Shown here: piece after piece, positions 9,845-19,701 of the stretch
How the letters are laid out: every line of letters starts with the position of its first letter
How positions within the stretch are numbered: position 1 is the first letter of the stretch
Assembly: GCA_014240285.1 (NCBI GenBank)
Contig: JAAZXI010000001.1
Location: forward strand, 15,593-79,592
Direction of reading: 5' to 3'
From: Methanobacteriota archaeon
Lineage (GTDB): Archaea > Thermoplasmatota > Poseidoniia > Poseidoniales > Thalassarchaeaceae
Length of the DNA: 64,000 nt
Made by a program: the position numbers and the translations under genes
The notes under the pieces: generated by a model
Databases searched by the model: none
Seen by the model: the letters and a program-made list of their open reading frames with translations, nothing else
Told to the model about the DNA's origin: nothing

Positions 9845-12019
9845 CTAGTCATCATCGGCTCGTTGCCAGCCCAACCAACGCCGAACAGAGTCTGTGGTAG
9901 CCACCATGATGAACAGAGCTACCACTATGCCGCCTAGAAGCATCAGCGTGCGATCAACCTCCTCCTCCCACCGAGCGGCATCATTCGGGTAGAAGTCAAC
10001 ATTATCTCCAAACCCATCTCCATCAGAGTCCATCGTCTCATTAGGATCCAGGGGAAAAGCATCACTGTTGTCACCGACCCCATCTTCATCTGTGTCTAAC
10101 CATTCGTCTGCGTCGGAGGGAAACACGTCCATATTATCCCCAAACCCATCTCCATCAGAGTCTATCCATTCATTGGGGTCCTCTAGGAACGCGTCGGAGT
10201 TGTCGCCAACACCGTCTTCATCTGTGTCCAGCCATTCAGAAGCGTCTTCGGGAAAAGCGTCGGAATTGTCTCCAACACCATCCTCATCAAAATCGGACCA
10301 TTCCGAAGCATCTTGGGGAAACACATCACCGTTGTCACCGACCCCATCGAGATCACTGTCTACGGTCTCCAAATTATCATCCGGAAAAGCATCAGCATTG
10401 TCACCGACACCGTCTTCATCACTATCGTCCCACTCGCTTGCGTCCATCGGGAATTGATCGTCGACATCGGGGGCGCCGTCGCCGTCATCATCATTGTCCA
10501 CTACATCGCACTGCGAATCTCCGTCGCTGTCCACCGGAACCTCATCGGAATCCATCGGGTCAGTCAGGCAACTCGACTCGTCTGCGTCCGTCCACCCATC
10601 ATTATCGTCATCATTGTCAGCGTTGTCGCCAATCCCATCATTGTCGTTGTCTGAGTGCTCGGAAGCATCCAAACGAAAAGCATCCTCTGAATCCATCCAA
10701 CCGTCGTTGTCATCATCATCATCACTGTTGTCGCCGAAACCATCGCCGTCAGTGTCCACCCATTCATAGGGGTTCAAGGGAAAAGCATCCTCTGAATCCA
10801 TCCAACCGTCGTTGTCGTCATCTGGGTCGGAGTTGTCCCCCATTCCATCACCATCTGTGTCCTCCCACTCCATCGGATCACTTGGGAAAACATCCGAATT
10901 GTCCCCCACTCCATCACCATCTGTGTCCTCCCACTCCGTCGGATCACTTGGGAAAACATCCGAGTTATCTCCCACCAAATCGCCATCGGAATCGGCCCAC
11001 TCGTTCGGGTTGTAGATGAAGGCATCAACATCATCTCGGTAGTCGTCACCATCGGAATCGCGCACGAAGTCCTCTAGCGCCCACTCTAGTGACAGATTAG
11101 CCCACCCCGGGGCATTCATCGAGGGCGCGTGGCTGCCCCCGTTAATTCTCCAGTGCGACACCCTGTTGCCGTCGGCGCAGTTCAGATGCTCAAGCTCATC
11201 GGTCTCTGCAACATCATCAGAGCCGGTGATGTCGATGCTGCCGAGGTTTGTCCAACTCGCATCGCATCCCGATCTATCTGCCCAATACTCTGTTGATTCT
11301 GGTGCTGAAGGGTATGCCCCTCCCGTCAAGGTGCCTCCGTTGTACTGTATGACGCTGTCAGCTGTGCCGTGGACGTGCAGGATGTTTGGACTCCCTGTGT
11401 TCGGGCAGTCGTTTGAGAAATCCTCCCAAGTCGCTCCGTTTAGAGACACGATTGACTCGATGATACCACCCCTTTCACAAGCCATCCTGTGACTCATGAA
11501 AGCACCGTTGGAGTGCCCAATCAGTACCACACCCTCGGGGTCCGCCCCATAATTAAGGACAGCCTGATCAATCAGACTCTCGAGGAAACTCACATCGTCC
11601 ACCGAGGTCCCGAACAGGTTACAGCAGGCATTGGTAGCATTCCAGTACCGCATGGCTATGATATTCGAGGTACCGTCAGGGGTGATTAGAAGATGCTCAT
11701 TTTCGTGGACGCTGTCATACAAACTCATCCACGCGGCGTTGAGTGAGCCCCAACTAGAGTAACCATGCAAGGAGATGACCAGCGGCAACGGTCGGTCGTA
11801 AACGTGCCCCCCTGGCATAATCAGGGTGGCCGACCTGCCTTGCGAGGAAATCGTGGTAGTAGTGTGTTCATCGGTGTAGTTGATAGGGCCATAGCCATCG
11901 TTTGAGTCGGCCCATCGCCTATCTTCAGCCCCCCAAATCCCCTCCAGCTCGGAGCCAAATAACCCGGTCGCCACCAGCATCATGCAGACGAGAACCGGTG
12001 CGTAGAAGCGGGTGCTCAC
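9845..12019 (-). CDS. secreted PHB-depolymerase/LpqC-like esterase with thrombospondin type-3-like repeats and C-terminal TM anchor
   Basis: PLVISLHG, WNATNACC, GHSNG nucleophile box, HGTAD, GGSH; about 18 DxDxDG repeats; hydrophobic C-terminus; GTG start at 12019 follows GGAGG. Confidence 0.85.
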   Translation of the reverse strand: MSTRFYAPVLVCMMLVATGLFGSELEGIWGAEDRRWADSNDGYGPINYTDEHTTTTISSQGRSATLIMPGGHVYDRPLPLVISLHGYSSWGSLNAAWMSLYDSVHENEHLLITPDGTSNIIAMRYWNATNACCNLFGTSVDDVSFLESLIDQAVLNYGADPEGVVLIGHSNGAFMSHRMACERGGIIESIVSLNGATWEDFSNDCPNTGSPNILHVHGTADSVIQYNGGTLTGGAYPSAPESTEYWADRSGCDASWTNLGSIDITGSDDVAETDELEHLNCADGNRVSHWRINGGSHAPSMNAPGWANLSLEWALEDFVRDSDGDDYRDDVDAFIYNPNEWADSDGDLVGDNSDVFPSDPTEWEDTDGDGVGDNSDVFPSDPMEWEDTDGDGMGDNSDPDDDNDGWMDSEDAFPLNPYEWVDTDGDGFGDNSDDDDDNDGWMDSEDAFRLDASEHSDNDNDGIGDNADNDDDNDGWTDADESSCLTDPMDSDEVPVDSDGDSQCDVVDNDDDGDGAPDVDDQFPMDASEWDDSDEDGVGDNADAFPDDNLETVDSDLDGVGDNGDVFPQDASEWSDFDEDGVGDNSDAFPEDASEWLDTDEDGVGDNSDAFLEDPNEWIDSDGDGFGDNMDVFPSDADEWLDTDEDGVGDNSDAFPLDPNETMDSDGDGFGDNVDFYPNDAARWEEEVDRTLMLLGGIVVALFIMVATTDSVRRWLGWQRADDD
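10833..10963. repeat. 66-bp near-identical tandem duplication within the TSP3 repeat region
   Basis: TTGTCCCCCA..TCCATCACCATCTGTGTCCTCCCACTCC.TCGGATCACTTGGGAAAACATCCGA starts at 10833 and again at 10899. Confidence 0.85.
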
Positions 12020-12077
12020 ACACTCTTCCTCCCGCACGCTGCTAAGAAACTGCCTCAGCAGCGCGTTTGTCAGTAGG

Positions 12078-12162
12078 TGGTGCAGAGGACAGGATTTGAA
12101 CCTGCGAAGCACTACGCACTGGGACCTCATCCCAGCCCCTTTGACCACTCGGGTACCTCTGC
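12078..12162 (-). tRNA. tRNA-Leu(GAG)
   Basis: Reverse complement GCAGAGGTACCCGAGTGGTCAAAGGGGCTGGGATGAGGTCCCAGTGCGTAGTGCTTCGCAGGTTCAAATCCTGTCCTCTGCACCA; anticodon GAG, variable arm, encoded CCA. Confidence 0.95.
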
Positions 12163-12215
12163 TTGCAGCATTAGCGAGACACCCGGCGTATATCAGAATG
12201 GCGAAGCGCCACCAC

Positions 12216-13082
12216 TCAGAAATCGAGCCCGTACTTCTGAGCCAACGGAGGCGACTCTCCAGTCTTGGCGAAGTAGTACAAAGAGACACGATTCACTGCT
12301 TCGCATGCACTGAAGAACAGAACGGAGATGGCTATTCCAGCGAACATAACCAAGATTCCCAACCCGCTTCCAATTTCCCCCAGTGCGAACAGTGGTAGAC
12401 AGATTACCACAATCAGTAGACAAACCAAGATGTTGATTATTCCAGTTCCAGTCGTCGAAACCACATCCTCCCCCCAAGTCTGCTTGAACAATTCCGGACT
12501 CTTCGACATACTCTCGCCAACGCCAATATTATCCAACACGATCATTGGAACGACGAAGAACGTCGCAATCCACCAAGCGACCTGTACGATGAAGGAGGCG
12601 ATGTGTCCGAATATACTCACTACAAGATTGTCCGATTGTTGCATACTTTGGAAGGCCGTTATAATCAAACCAACCGTACCTGAGATTAACCCCCATATGA
12701 CAATCTGGGGCAGGCACTTCATTGCCTGCTTAATACCATATGAAAAACTTGGATTTGTTCCAGCAGTCAGTCTCTCATGGGCGCTTGCGATTATAGCCGC
12801 GTTCCAGAATACAGTGATTATCGCTATTACCATGTAACTAAGGAAAGCGCCCACATAGACTCCACTCTCAGCACCTTCTTCACCTCCGACGAAGAATCCT
12901 AGGCCACCGGTTAGCGCCAAAATAGTAATTGCAGCAATAATTGAGAATATTCCTGAGAACAGCATGTAGGCCATGAGTTCGGGATCGGCTCTAACCACAT
13001 GCATCCCTAGTTTGGTTACCCTCCAGCCACGCCCTATTCTTGCTCTGAAACCCATCTTGGGCCCCTCACTTCTCATCATCAT
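12216..13082 (-). CDS. multi-pass membrane protein (DUF6159-like)
   Basis: About 6 TM helices; FFVVPMIVLD...SPELFKQTWGE and SLYYFAKTG patterns. Confidence 0.75.
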   Translation of the reverse strand: MMMRSEGPKMGFRARIGRGWRVTKLGMHVVRADPELMAYMLFSGIFSIIAAITILALTGGLGFFVGGEEGAESGVYVGAFLSYMVIAIITVFWNAAIIASAHERLTAGTNPSFSYGIKQAMKCLPQIVIWGLISGTVGLIITAFQSMQQSDNLVVSIFGHIASFIVQVAWWIATFFVVPMIVLDNIGVGESMSKSPELFKQTWGEDVVSTTGTGIINILVCLLIVVICLPLFALGEIGSGLGILVMFAGIAISVLFFSACEAVNRVSLYYFAKTGESPPLAQKYGLDF

Positions 13083-13122
13083 ACCGTCGCCTGTATGGCC
13101 CCTACCTTCAAGATTGACCCGG

Positions 13123-13590
13123 TTATTCGAAGCTTACAGCATCACCAGGGATAACCACACCTTCGTCGACTACTGATGCGAGCCATCTGGACCAACCCAT
13201 CTCCAAATTGTGATCAATTCTGGAGAATTTCTGTTCTTTGAACGATTCACTAATCACACTACAAGGAGCACACGGCTCACTCAATTCAATAATCGCTCCT
13301 CCAACCTTGAACTTCATTCCCACTTTGAGAGTGGGCCAGTCAAGACCTTCGATTGTCAAGTTCTCGCCAGTAGATCCAATTTCGATAGGATGTCCCTCCC
13401 TCTGCAGATCATATATTCTTTCCAGAGAGAAAATACAAACTGCTCGTCCCGCATCATTATTCCTTTTCTCAGTACGGAACCTATTGTAATCCCCTTCGAC
13501 TCCATCAAGCCGTAGAGTTGCTGCCCTAACTGGTAGTTTAGGTACACCTCCATCACCTCGTACGTTCACGGAATGGACAATAGCGTTCAA
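13123..13590 (-). CDS. MOSC domain protein
   Basis: GVPKLPV, GVEGD, RAV, GENLT and PCAPC motifs. Confidence 0.88.
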   Translation of the reverse strand: MNAIVHSVNVRGDGGVPKLPVRAATLRLDGVEGDYNRFRTEKRNNDAGRAVCIFSLERIYDLQREGHPIEIGSTGENLTIEGLDWPTLKVGMKFKVGGAIIELSEPCAPCSVISESFKEQKFSRIDHNLEMGWSRWLASVVDEGVVIPGDAVSFE

Positions 13591-13654
13591 TCGAATGACC
13601 CCATGAAGTCCAACTCGATTTCAAGTCTATCAACCATTTCGAGGCTGCGAACCT

Positions 13655-14572
13655 TCAGAATGGCAACGACTTATCCAACCGATCGACCATTTCCAGATAT
13701 CGATTGGTGTGTTCTGTTCCAGGCACATTAACCACGAATTGCCAATAACGCCAGGCTGCGACTGCTAGGACCGCATAGCGATGCAGATCAGGAAGGGCTG
13801 TATGTTCTGCATCTGTCAATGGTCGAACTGACTGGTATCCGGCCAACAACGCATCCCACAATTCAGGAACTGGAAAACCACCCTTCCAGCCAAACCCAAC
13901 ATAGGTTGTCGCAAGATCCATCGCGAACGATTCTATACAGATTTCCTCAAAATCAAGTAGGGCGAGAACCTCCCCCTTCCGCCCAATCACATTGTCAGGG
14001 TACAGATCACCATGGATAATGCCACAGGGAAGGTCCTTCGAAATTCTTTGTTTGAGAAGATGTGTCTCCTCCTCCAGCATCTGTAGGAATGGCGTCATTG
14101 AATCCTCCTTCCGCGCATCTTTGACAAGCTTCTCCCAGAGGACATATCCAATCGAGAACGTGGTAGGAATGCTTTCATGAATTGGAACCCCATGCAACTG
14201 TGCCTGCGTCTTACCGAGTTCGTAGAGTGATGCAGTATCTGAGGGCAGCCAACCACCGTCGATATACGGCATCAACATCCACGCTAGATTATCCTTGACA
14301 AGCATCCATTCATTCTCTCCCAGTAGCAACGGGACAGGTGTCGGTACGCCGTGATCTGCGAGCCAACATGTATGCTTGATTAGCAGCTCCACTTCATCTG
14401 GAGACCTTTCATCCCAGATCTTCAGAACAAGCTGTGAGCCATCATTTAGGGTTAGTAGATAATTCGAATTTGCCCACCCCCCAGTAAGTGGCTGCATCTT
14501 ACTCAGTGGTGCCACTCCAGCAGCTGTCAACAGCCATGACGCATCTTCCACAGTGACATCGGTATACGCCAT
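13655..14572 (-). CDS. APH-superfamily phosphotransferase (type II homoserine kinase-like)
   Basis: MAYT start, GWANSNY, IIHGDLYPDN, LDFEE, RFW-like AWRYW. Confidence 0.85.
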   Translation of the reverse strand: MAYTDVTVEDASWLLTAAGVAPLSKMQPLTGGWANSNYLLTLNDGSQLVLKIWDERSPDEVELLIKHTCWLADHGVPTPVPLLLGENEWMLVKDNLAWMLMPYIDGGWLPSDTASLYELGKTQAQLHGVPIHESIPTTFSIGYVLWEKLVKDARKEDSMTPFLQMLEEETHLLKQRISKDLPCGIIHGDLYPDNVIGRKGEVLALLDFEEICIESFAMDLATTYVGFGWKGGFPVPELWDALLAGYQSVRPLTDAEHTALPDLHRYAVLAVAAWRYWQFVVNVPGTEHTNRYLEMVDRLDKSLPF

Positions 14573-14805
14573 CAAGCCACCTTCACCGTTGGAGTTCATC
14601 ACTGATGACAATCGAGTACAGTCTCCCACCATCTCCGAGAGAGACCCCGACTGCCATGCAGAAACGTCAGCACGAGCACATATTGCTTCATCGGTCATCA
14701 TTTTCTCTCAAATAACTCCAACCACTCTCGGCATACTTTTCATACAGGCACTCGGGGCCGCGGATATACAGACTGCGATATGCGACTCTGGTTGAGGAAG
14801 AGAAG

Positions 14806-15483
14806 ATGAAACCAATCTTGAGGAACCTATACCAGTTCATCAGGGACGCGGCCCATGTGCTCTTGCATGGAAATCTCGATTCTTCGGACTATATCATACT
14901 CGACGATAAAGAAGTCGTTTTCGCGAGCGTTGCCAAATCTGCGTGCACATCCATCAAGACCTCCATTGCGGAGGAGCCCCCCAATAGTCCTACGATACAC
15001 AAACACATCAGAGAGTTTTCACACAAGAGAATCCCTAAGGACAAACACTCTTACTTCGTTTTCACTTATGTCAGAAATCCATATGAGAGACTTGCTTCGT
15101 GCTACCGCAGTAAATTCAATCTTGAAGATAAATCAAAGTTTCTCTATAGCCACTATTTGTTCGGATATATGGGTAATAATGACACATTCGAGGAATTTGT
15201 CCGGAAAGTATCGAAAATCCCCGACTTCATGTGCGATCGCCACTTCAAGTCCCAGCACAGCATCATCTTCTCCAGCGGCGCAAAAGTCGATTATGTAGGC
15301 AAGGTTGAGGAATTACCTTCGGACTTCGAAGAGATTCGTCAGCGCTACGGATTCAGCGAACTCAAGGTCTTGAACAAATCTCAGGGGAAAAGCGCCGAGA
15401 TGCTCCTCACCGATGAGATTAGAGAACTAATTTACAACCGATTTAAGAAAGACTTTGAGACATTTGGATATGAAAAAGAATAA
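14806..15483 (+). CDS. sulfotransferase family 2 protein
   Basis: VAKSACTS (5'-PSB), FTYVRNPYERLASCY (3'-PB), HFKSQ, DFETFGY. Confidence 0.9.
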   Translation: MKPILRNLYQFIRDAAHVLLHGNLDSSDYIILDDKEVVFASVAKSACTSIKTSIAEEPPNSPTIHKHIREFSHKRIPKDKHSYFVFTYVRNPYERLASCYRSKFNLEDKSKFLYSHYLFGYMGNNDTFEEFVRKVSKIPDFMCDRHFKSQHSIIFSSGAKVDYVGKVEELPSDFEEIRQRYGFSELKVLNKSQGKSAEMLLTDEIRELIYNRFKKDFETFGYEKE

Positions 15484-15572
15484 TCCTCAATTATTCAAAG
15501 AAGAAGTTTCGGACCTCATATTGCTTCTTCTCTCCGGTTAGGACTTAACATATCCTCAGCCACGCAACCCGC

Positions 15573-16514
15573 ATGCGCGCCATCCTTCCACAGCCAAACC
15601 TGCTCATTGTCGGGGCCCCGAAATCCGGAACTACGTCCCTTCTGATGTGGCTCAGAAGCCACCCAGAGGTCTACCACCCGTGGTTTGGAGCCGGACCTGA
15701 GGCCGTCGAGAGCGGATTCCTAATAGCAGGACCCACCGATATCCCCATTTCACCATCTAGGCCGAGAGGAACACTTCTGTTACCACATGATACCGACGTC
15801 GATCGCTACAAAGGGGAACCTTGGGTAATAGACAAATCCCCGCAGCACCTGTACTCAAGACGGGCGTTGGAGACCGTGCGTGATTTGATGCCTGACGCAA
15901 AGGTCATCATAGCCCTCAGAGACCCCTACGATCTTCTAATCAGTCAATATATGCAAATGTGGAAGGGCGTGAATTTTGACACCCCATTCGAGGAGCTGTA
16001 CGAAAAGATGCAGTCCCAAGGATGGGAGGCCAACACTGAGATTGCAGAGACCTGGGCCTTTCTCACATATCCCCGGTATTCCGAATTTGTTCGTGCATGG
16101 GTATCCGAACTTGGCTCCGACAGGGTGAGGGTTGTGAGGCTGGCCTCAATCGCAGGTAATGCATCAGGTGTGCTTCGGGAAATTTCTGAGTGGCTGGAAA
16201 TTAGCCCGAGTAAGATGCCTAGCAATCCCACGGCGAGGAACACTAGGGGAAAACTATCCAACTCTCCGATTAGAAAGTTCCTGAGGGAACCTCCCAAATG
16301 GGTGTTTACCTCTGCTAGGCTGCTGTTACCTAGCAGATCCGCTAGGAAGGCGCTCCTAGATCCAATTAGGAGGAGGGGGTGGAAGCACATTCCAGCGGAC
16401 AAGCCCGAGATCCCGCCAGAAATGGAGAGCGAAATCAGAGCGAGGCTGAAGGAGGATACCGAATTCTTCGAGGCACTCGATTCGCATTTACCCAGTGGCA
16501 CAATGATTGGCTAG
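15573..16514 (+). CDS. sulfotransferase (family 1/3)
   Basis: PNLLIVGAPKSGTTSL, DKSP, LRDP..LISQY. Confidence 0.9.
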   Translation: MRAILPQPNLLIVGAPKSGTTSLLMWLRSHPEVYHPWFGAGPEAVESGFLIAGPTDIPISPSRPRGTLLLPHDTDVDRYKGEPWVIDKSPQHLYSRRALETVRDLMPDAKVIIALRDPYDLLISQYMQMWKGVNFDTPFEELYEKMQSQGWEANTEIAETWAFLTYPRYSEFVRAWVSELGSDRVRVVRLASIAGNASGVLREISEWLEISPSKMPSNPTARNTRGKLSNSPIRKFLREPPKWVFTSARLLLPSRSARKALLDPIRRRGWKHIPADKPEIPPEMESEIRARLKEDTEFFEALDSHLPSGTMIG

Positions 16515-17428
16515 CGTTCGAACGATTCCAACCAATGACCGGTCGAGAATCCGGTTAGTTCCTCAAACTTCTCTAAGTCAGGCACAACCTCTCCTTCACA
16601 GATTTGATAGTGCCCCTTAGTCAGTAACGAATCCTCCCCCTTCCTACTTATGAGGGGGAGGTCATAGATGTTCAGAGATCGTTTCTGTAGGGGCTTCGCA
16701 AGCACATCCCTTACTGACTTTGGAAGTATGCGTACTGCGGATTTGAAGACCCTTCCCAAGGTAGTGGCCCCCCTCCTTCCTTGTGAGGTGTTCGCATTCT
16801 TCTGAGACAGGTAATCGTATTCGAATTTTCCTAGACCGAAATGAGAATTGATTTCCCCGAGGACAACATCGGGCGCAGTTCTCATTTTCTTACTATCGAT
16901 AATCAGAAAACTCTCTCTTTCAAATCCCTCCAACCAGCGAGCCATTGAGGCTGACCAGACTGAATCGTCCTTCAGCCTCTGGTCTCCCCACGCGGTCTCG
17001 AAGTCGGACCAATCTGCTCCATGCCTACGGTCTGCCATGTTGTCCCGGACCATCTTCCAATGACTGAAAGCCCTCTCAATTGGCTCCCTTAGGCAAATCA
17101 CAAAACGGGCTCCAGGGTTGATCTGGAGCACCCTGTTTGGGGCCAAGGGGCAGGAAAACGCATGTACCGAACCATCGACTCTGAAACCATTGCCTGAGAA
17201 AGCCCGTCCATATTCATCTAGATCCGGGTCGGATGCGTCTCTCCCAAAGGTTCCATGATGACTGGCCAAGATATTAGGCTCCTTGGGGGAAGAGAAGTCA
17301 ACACTGGGATTCTGTGAAAGGACTCCCGCTAGCCAAGTCGTACCACACTTTGGCAGACCAAGCAGGAAGCCGTCCACCAGAGGCCTTTCTTCCACACATG
17401 CATACTTCCCCGAGCGCTTATGAGTCAA
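16511..17428 (-). CDS. sulfotransferase (family 1/3)
   Basis: LLGLPKCGTTWL, PKEP, LREPIERAFSHW. Confidence 0.9.
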   Translation of the reverse strand: MTHKRSGKYACVEERPLVDGFLLGLPKCGTTWLAGVLSQNPSVDFSSPKEPNILASHHGTFGRDASDPDLDEYGRAFSGNGFRVDGSVHAFSCPLAPNRVLQINPGARFVICLREPIERAFSHWKMVRDNMADRRHGADWSDFETAWGDQRLKDDSVWSASMARWLEGFERESFLIIDSKKMRTAPDVVLGEINSHFGLGKFEYDYLSQKNANTSQGRRGATTLGRVFKSAVRILPKSVRDVLAKPLQKRSLNIYDLPLISRKGEDSLLTKGHYQICEGEVVPDLEKFEELTGFSTGHWLESFER

Positions 17429-18258
17429 TCGGGCCTTTCTATCGAATGTCTGGGCGCTACCGGCTCATCTTTCACAACTCTCCTCACCGCCCAGAAGATT
17501 GCGAGTAGCCAGGCCCTTGTCCACAGCGACCACGATTGGGTAGATGTTAGTGGCTTCACATCTCCCGGCTTGTGAACCGATCTCATCTCTTTTCTGAGTT
17601 TTCTAAGGTCACCATTCATCACACTTCTTCTAGAAATCATTCCGGCCCCACATTCGACAAACTTCTTGGGATTGCAATGGTAGAGAAGTTGCTCAGAACG
17701 AGGGTAGGCACCGTAGACCGCTCCGTGGATTCCTATTGGTTCGGGATGGTGGACCTTGCACTGAGGCGCCCAGGCCATCTCCTGCCCTGCATCGATTATC
17801 CTCCAAGCAAGATCGGTGTCCTCTCGGTGCAGAAAGTACCTCTCGTCAAACCCCCCAATCTGCTCTAGCACATCCCTTCTGACCGCCATGTTTGCGGTCT
17901 TGAAACGGTCCCACTTGAGCCGGTTTGGAGGATCAAAATCGATTATTTTACCATCTTGTCCAGTGGTACTAATGCTACCCTCAATTCCTCCCAAATCATG
18001 ATTCTGAAACACTTCTTGGATGTTCTCAATCCAAGACTCATCAGCGATACAATCGTCATCGATGAATGCGACGTACTTCGCAGAACCTCTCCGCCAACCG
18101 ATGTTTCGGGATATCCCAGGCCCTTGATCCAATTCCGAATCATCCACTACCTCGATAGATTTCGCCAACAGGGTTTGCCTTTCTAAAGAGGCCAAACACG
18201 ACGCCAACGCCTCGGGCCTTCTGAAGGTAGGAATCACCACATCTACTTCCGAATTCAC
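17425..18258 (-). CDS. GT2 family glycosyltransferase
   Basis: VVIPTFRR, SRNIG, FIDDD (DxD), GGFDE, EDTDL. Confidence 0.92.
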   Translation of the reverse strand: MNSEVDVVIPTFRRPEALASCLASLERQTLLAKSIEVVDDSELDQGPGISRNIGWRRGSAKYVAFIDDDCIADESWIENIQEVFQNHDLGGIEGSISTTGQDGKIIDFDPPNRLKWDRFKTANMAVRRDVLEQIGGFDERYFLHREDTDLAWRIIDAGQEMAWAPQCKVHHPEPIGIHGAVYGAYPRSEQLLYHCNPKKFVECGAGMISRRSVMNGDLRKLRKEMRSVHKPGDVKPLTSTQSWSLWTRAWLLAIFWAVRRVVKDEPVAPRHSIERPD

Positions 18259-18328
18259 AGCTCTTGCAGACGTTCTGTGGTAATTAGTGTCGCGTACAAT
18301 TCAAGAATCGGTAGTGTCACCCAAGGGC

Positions 18329-18655
18329 ATGGTCAACCTAGCCGCGCCGGTTCTCGGAGGATTTCAAGATTCTTTGGATACTGCTTTCGGAGTAACAGCT
18401 GGGTGGTGGGTCGGGCACCTGCTCGTAGTCGGCATACTGGCTCTCAGCGTGGTCGCGCTACAGAACCGACATCACATCACCAACCATTCCGGATTCGGGC
18501 GCAGCACGCTGATGGACGCATCCGCGACACTTGCTCTCACAGCCGTCCAATACAGCGTTTTCACCGGCTCTTTCGGGTGGCCCGATGGAATATCTCTTTC
18601 TCTATCGATAATCTGCACTCTGGCACTCAGGTGGCACGTGCTAATCGTCGAATGA
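18329..18655 (+). CDS. small membrane protein
   Basis: Three hydrophobic segments; TTCAAG lies 29 nt upstream of the ATG at 18329. Confidence 0.65.
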   Translation: MVNLAAPVLGGFQDSLDTAFGVTAGWWVGHLLVVGILALSVVALQNRHHITNHSGFGRSTLMDASATLALTAVQYSVFTGSFGWPDGISLSLSIICTLALRWHVLIVE

Positions 18656-19594
18656 AGTCCTTCTACGCCTCACCAGGACAACAGCAACGGTGAGCACCAG
18701 CACCACGATCACCCCACCGATGATGATTGGTGCCTCGTCTGAGTACTCTCCGAAGACTGAGTTGTTGCCAGTAAGGTCGATGGTACCGATTCCGATACTC
18801 TTCGGCTCGACTTTAACATCAATCGCATTGGTGCTGGGACATGATTTTGGCTCTGACCCATCATCCTCGAGCACTATAATGCAACCCTCCCATGTGGTTC
18901 CGAGGTTTGATGGGGTGGCTATTTGGAACTGACAGTTCTTTGAGGAATCACTAGATTGAATCGCAATGTTGCAGGGTGCACTTTGATCAACGAAACCAGA
19001 CGGCCAAGAAGAAACTCCGTCATCATTAATCATCACAGCACGGTATTTGATCGAGGAACCCTCATTACTTGTGCAAGAAATAGAAGTTGAGAACACAATC
19101 ACTTCTCCAGCCTCTACTGTACCTCCTCCTTGTCCAAGATTATGGGTACAACTCGTGAACTCAGCAACGATAATCGTGACTTCCACGGATTCGGGCGAAG
19201 TGATGAAACTCACATCCACTCCACTGGCTTGAGTTACTTGGGCGGTAACATTGGCTACATAGGATCCCGAACTATGGCCTAGATCACCTCGAAAAATTAC
19301 CTCAAACCCCATTTCTGAATTTGCAGGAACAGTCATGCTACCAGGTGCGGCGTAAGCGAAACCACCACTTTGTACAGTAATATCAACTTCCTCAGGATGC
19401 ACTGAGGGATTCTCCAACATGCAGTTTGAAATGGCAGTTCTAGTCGAACCAGGAGACACGTCCATCTCAGGCGGATCATCGCAGGAAATGCTAATCTCGG
19501 GGAAAATTCCGGTTTGAGCTGAAATCGTTGGCATGCACCCTACCAATAACCCCATGAGGAGTACTAATACGAGCACAATAACCCTTCTTGACAC
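18641..19594 (-). CDS. secreted Ig-like/beta-rich surface protein with C-terminal TM anchor
   Basis: Signal peptide, beta-rich Cys-paired domains, C-terminal hydrophobic helix followed by RRRR. Confidence 0.75.
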   Translation of the reverse strand: MSRRVIVLVLVLLMGLLVGCMPTISAQTGIFPEISISCDDPPEMDVSPGSTRTAISNCMLENPSVHPEEVDITVQSGGFAYAAPGSMTVPANSEMGFEVIFRGDLGHSSGSYVANVTAQVTQASGVDVSFITSPESVEVTIIVAEFTSCTHNLGQGGGTVEAGEVIVFSTSISCTSNEGSSIKYRAVMINDDGVSSWPSGFVDQSAPCNIAIQSSDSSKNCQFQIATPSNLGTTWEGCIIVLEDDGSEPKSCPSTNAIDVKVEPKSIGIGTIDLTGNNSVFGEYSDEAPIIIGGVIVVLVLTVAVVLVRRRRTSFDD

Positions 19595-19701
19595 GACCCT
19601 GGCTTATGCCTCAACCGGATAGATATTCTCCATTCTACCTTCACTTTGGTACGGTTTCTGACTCAAAGCATTCATGGCGACCCCTAGGGTCGCCCGAATC
19701 C

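Noticed and set aside
8768-12162. Integrative element between the two tRNAs
   Set aside because: I found no integrase and no att-like duplication of a tRNA 3' end.
12020-12289. N-terminal extension of the 814-aa esterase ORF
   Set aside because: It overlaps tRNA-Leu and the upstream gene; the GTG at 12019, with an SD and a signal-like sequence, is the more plausible start.
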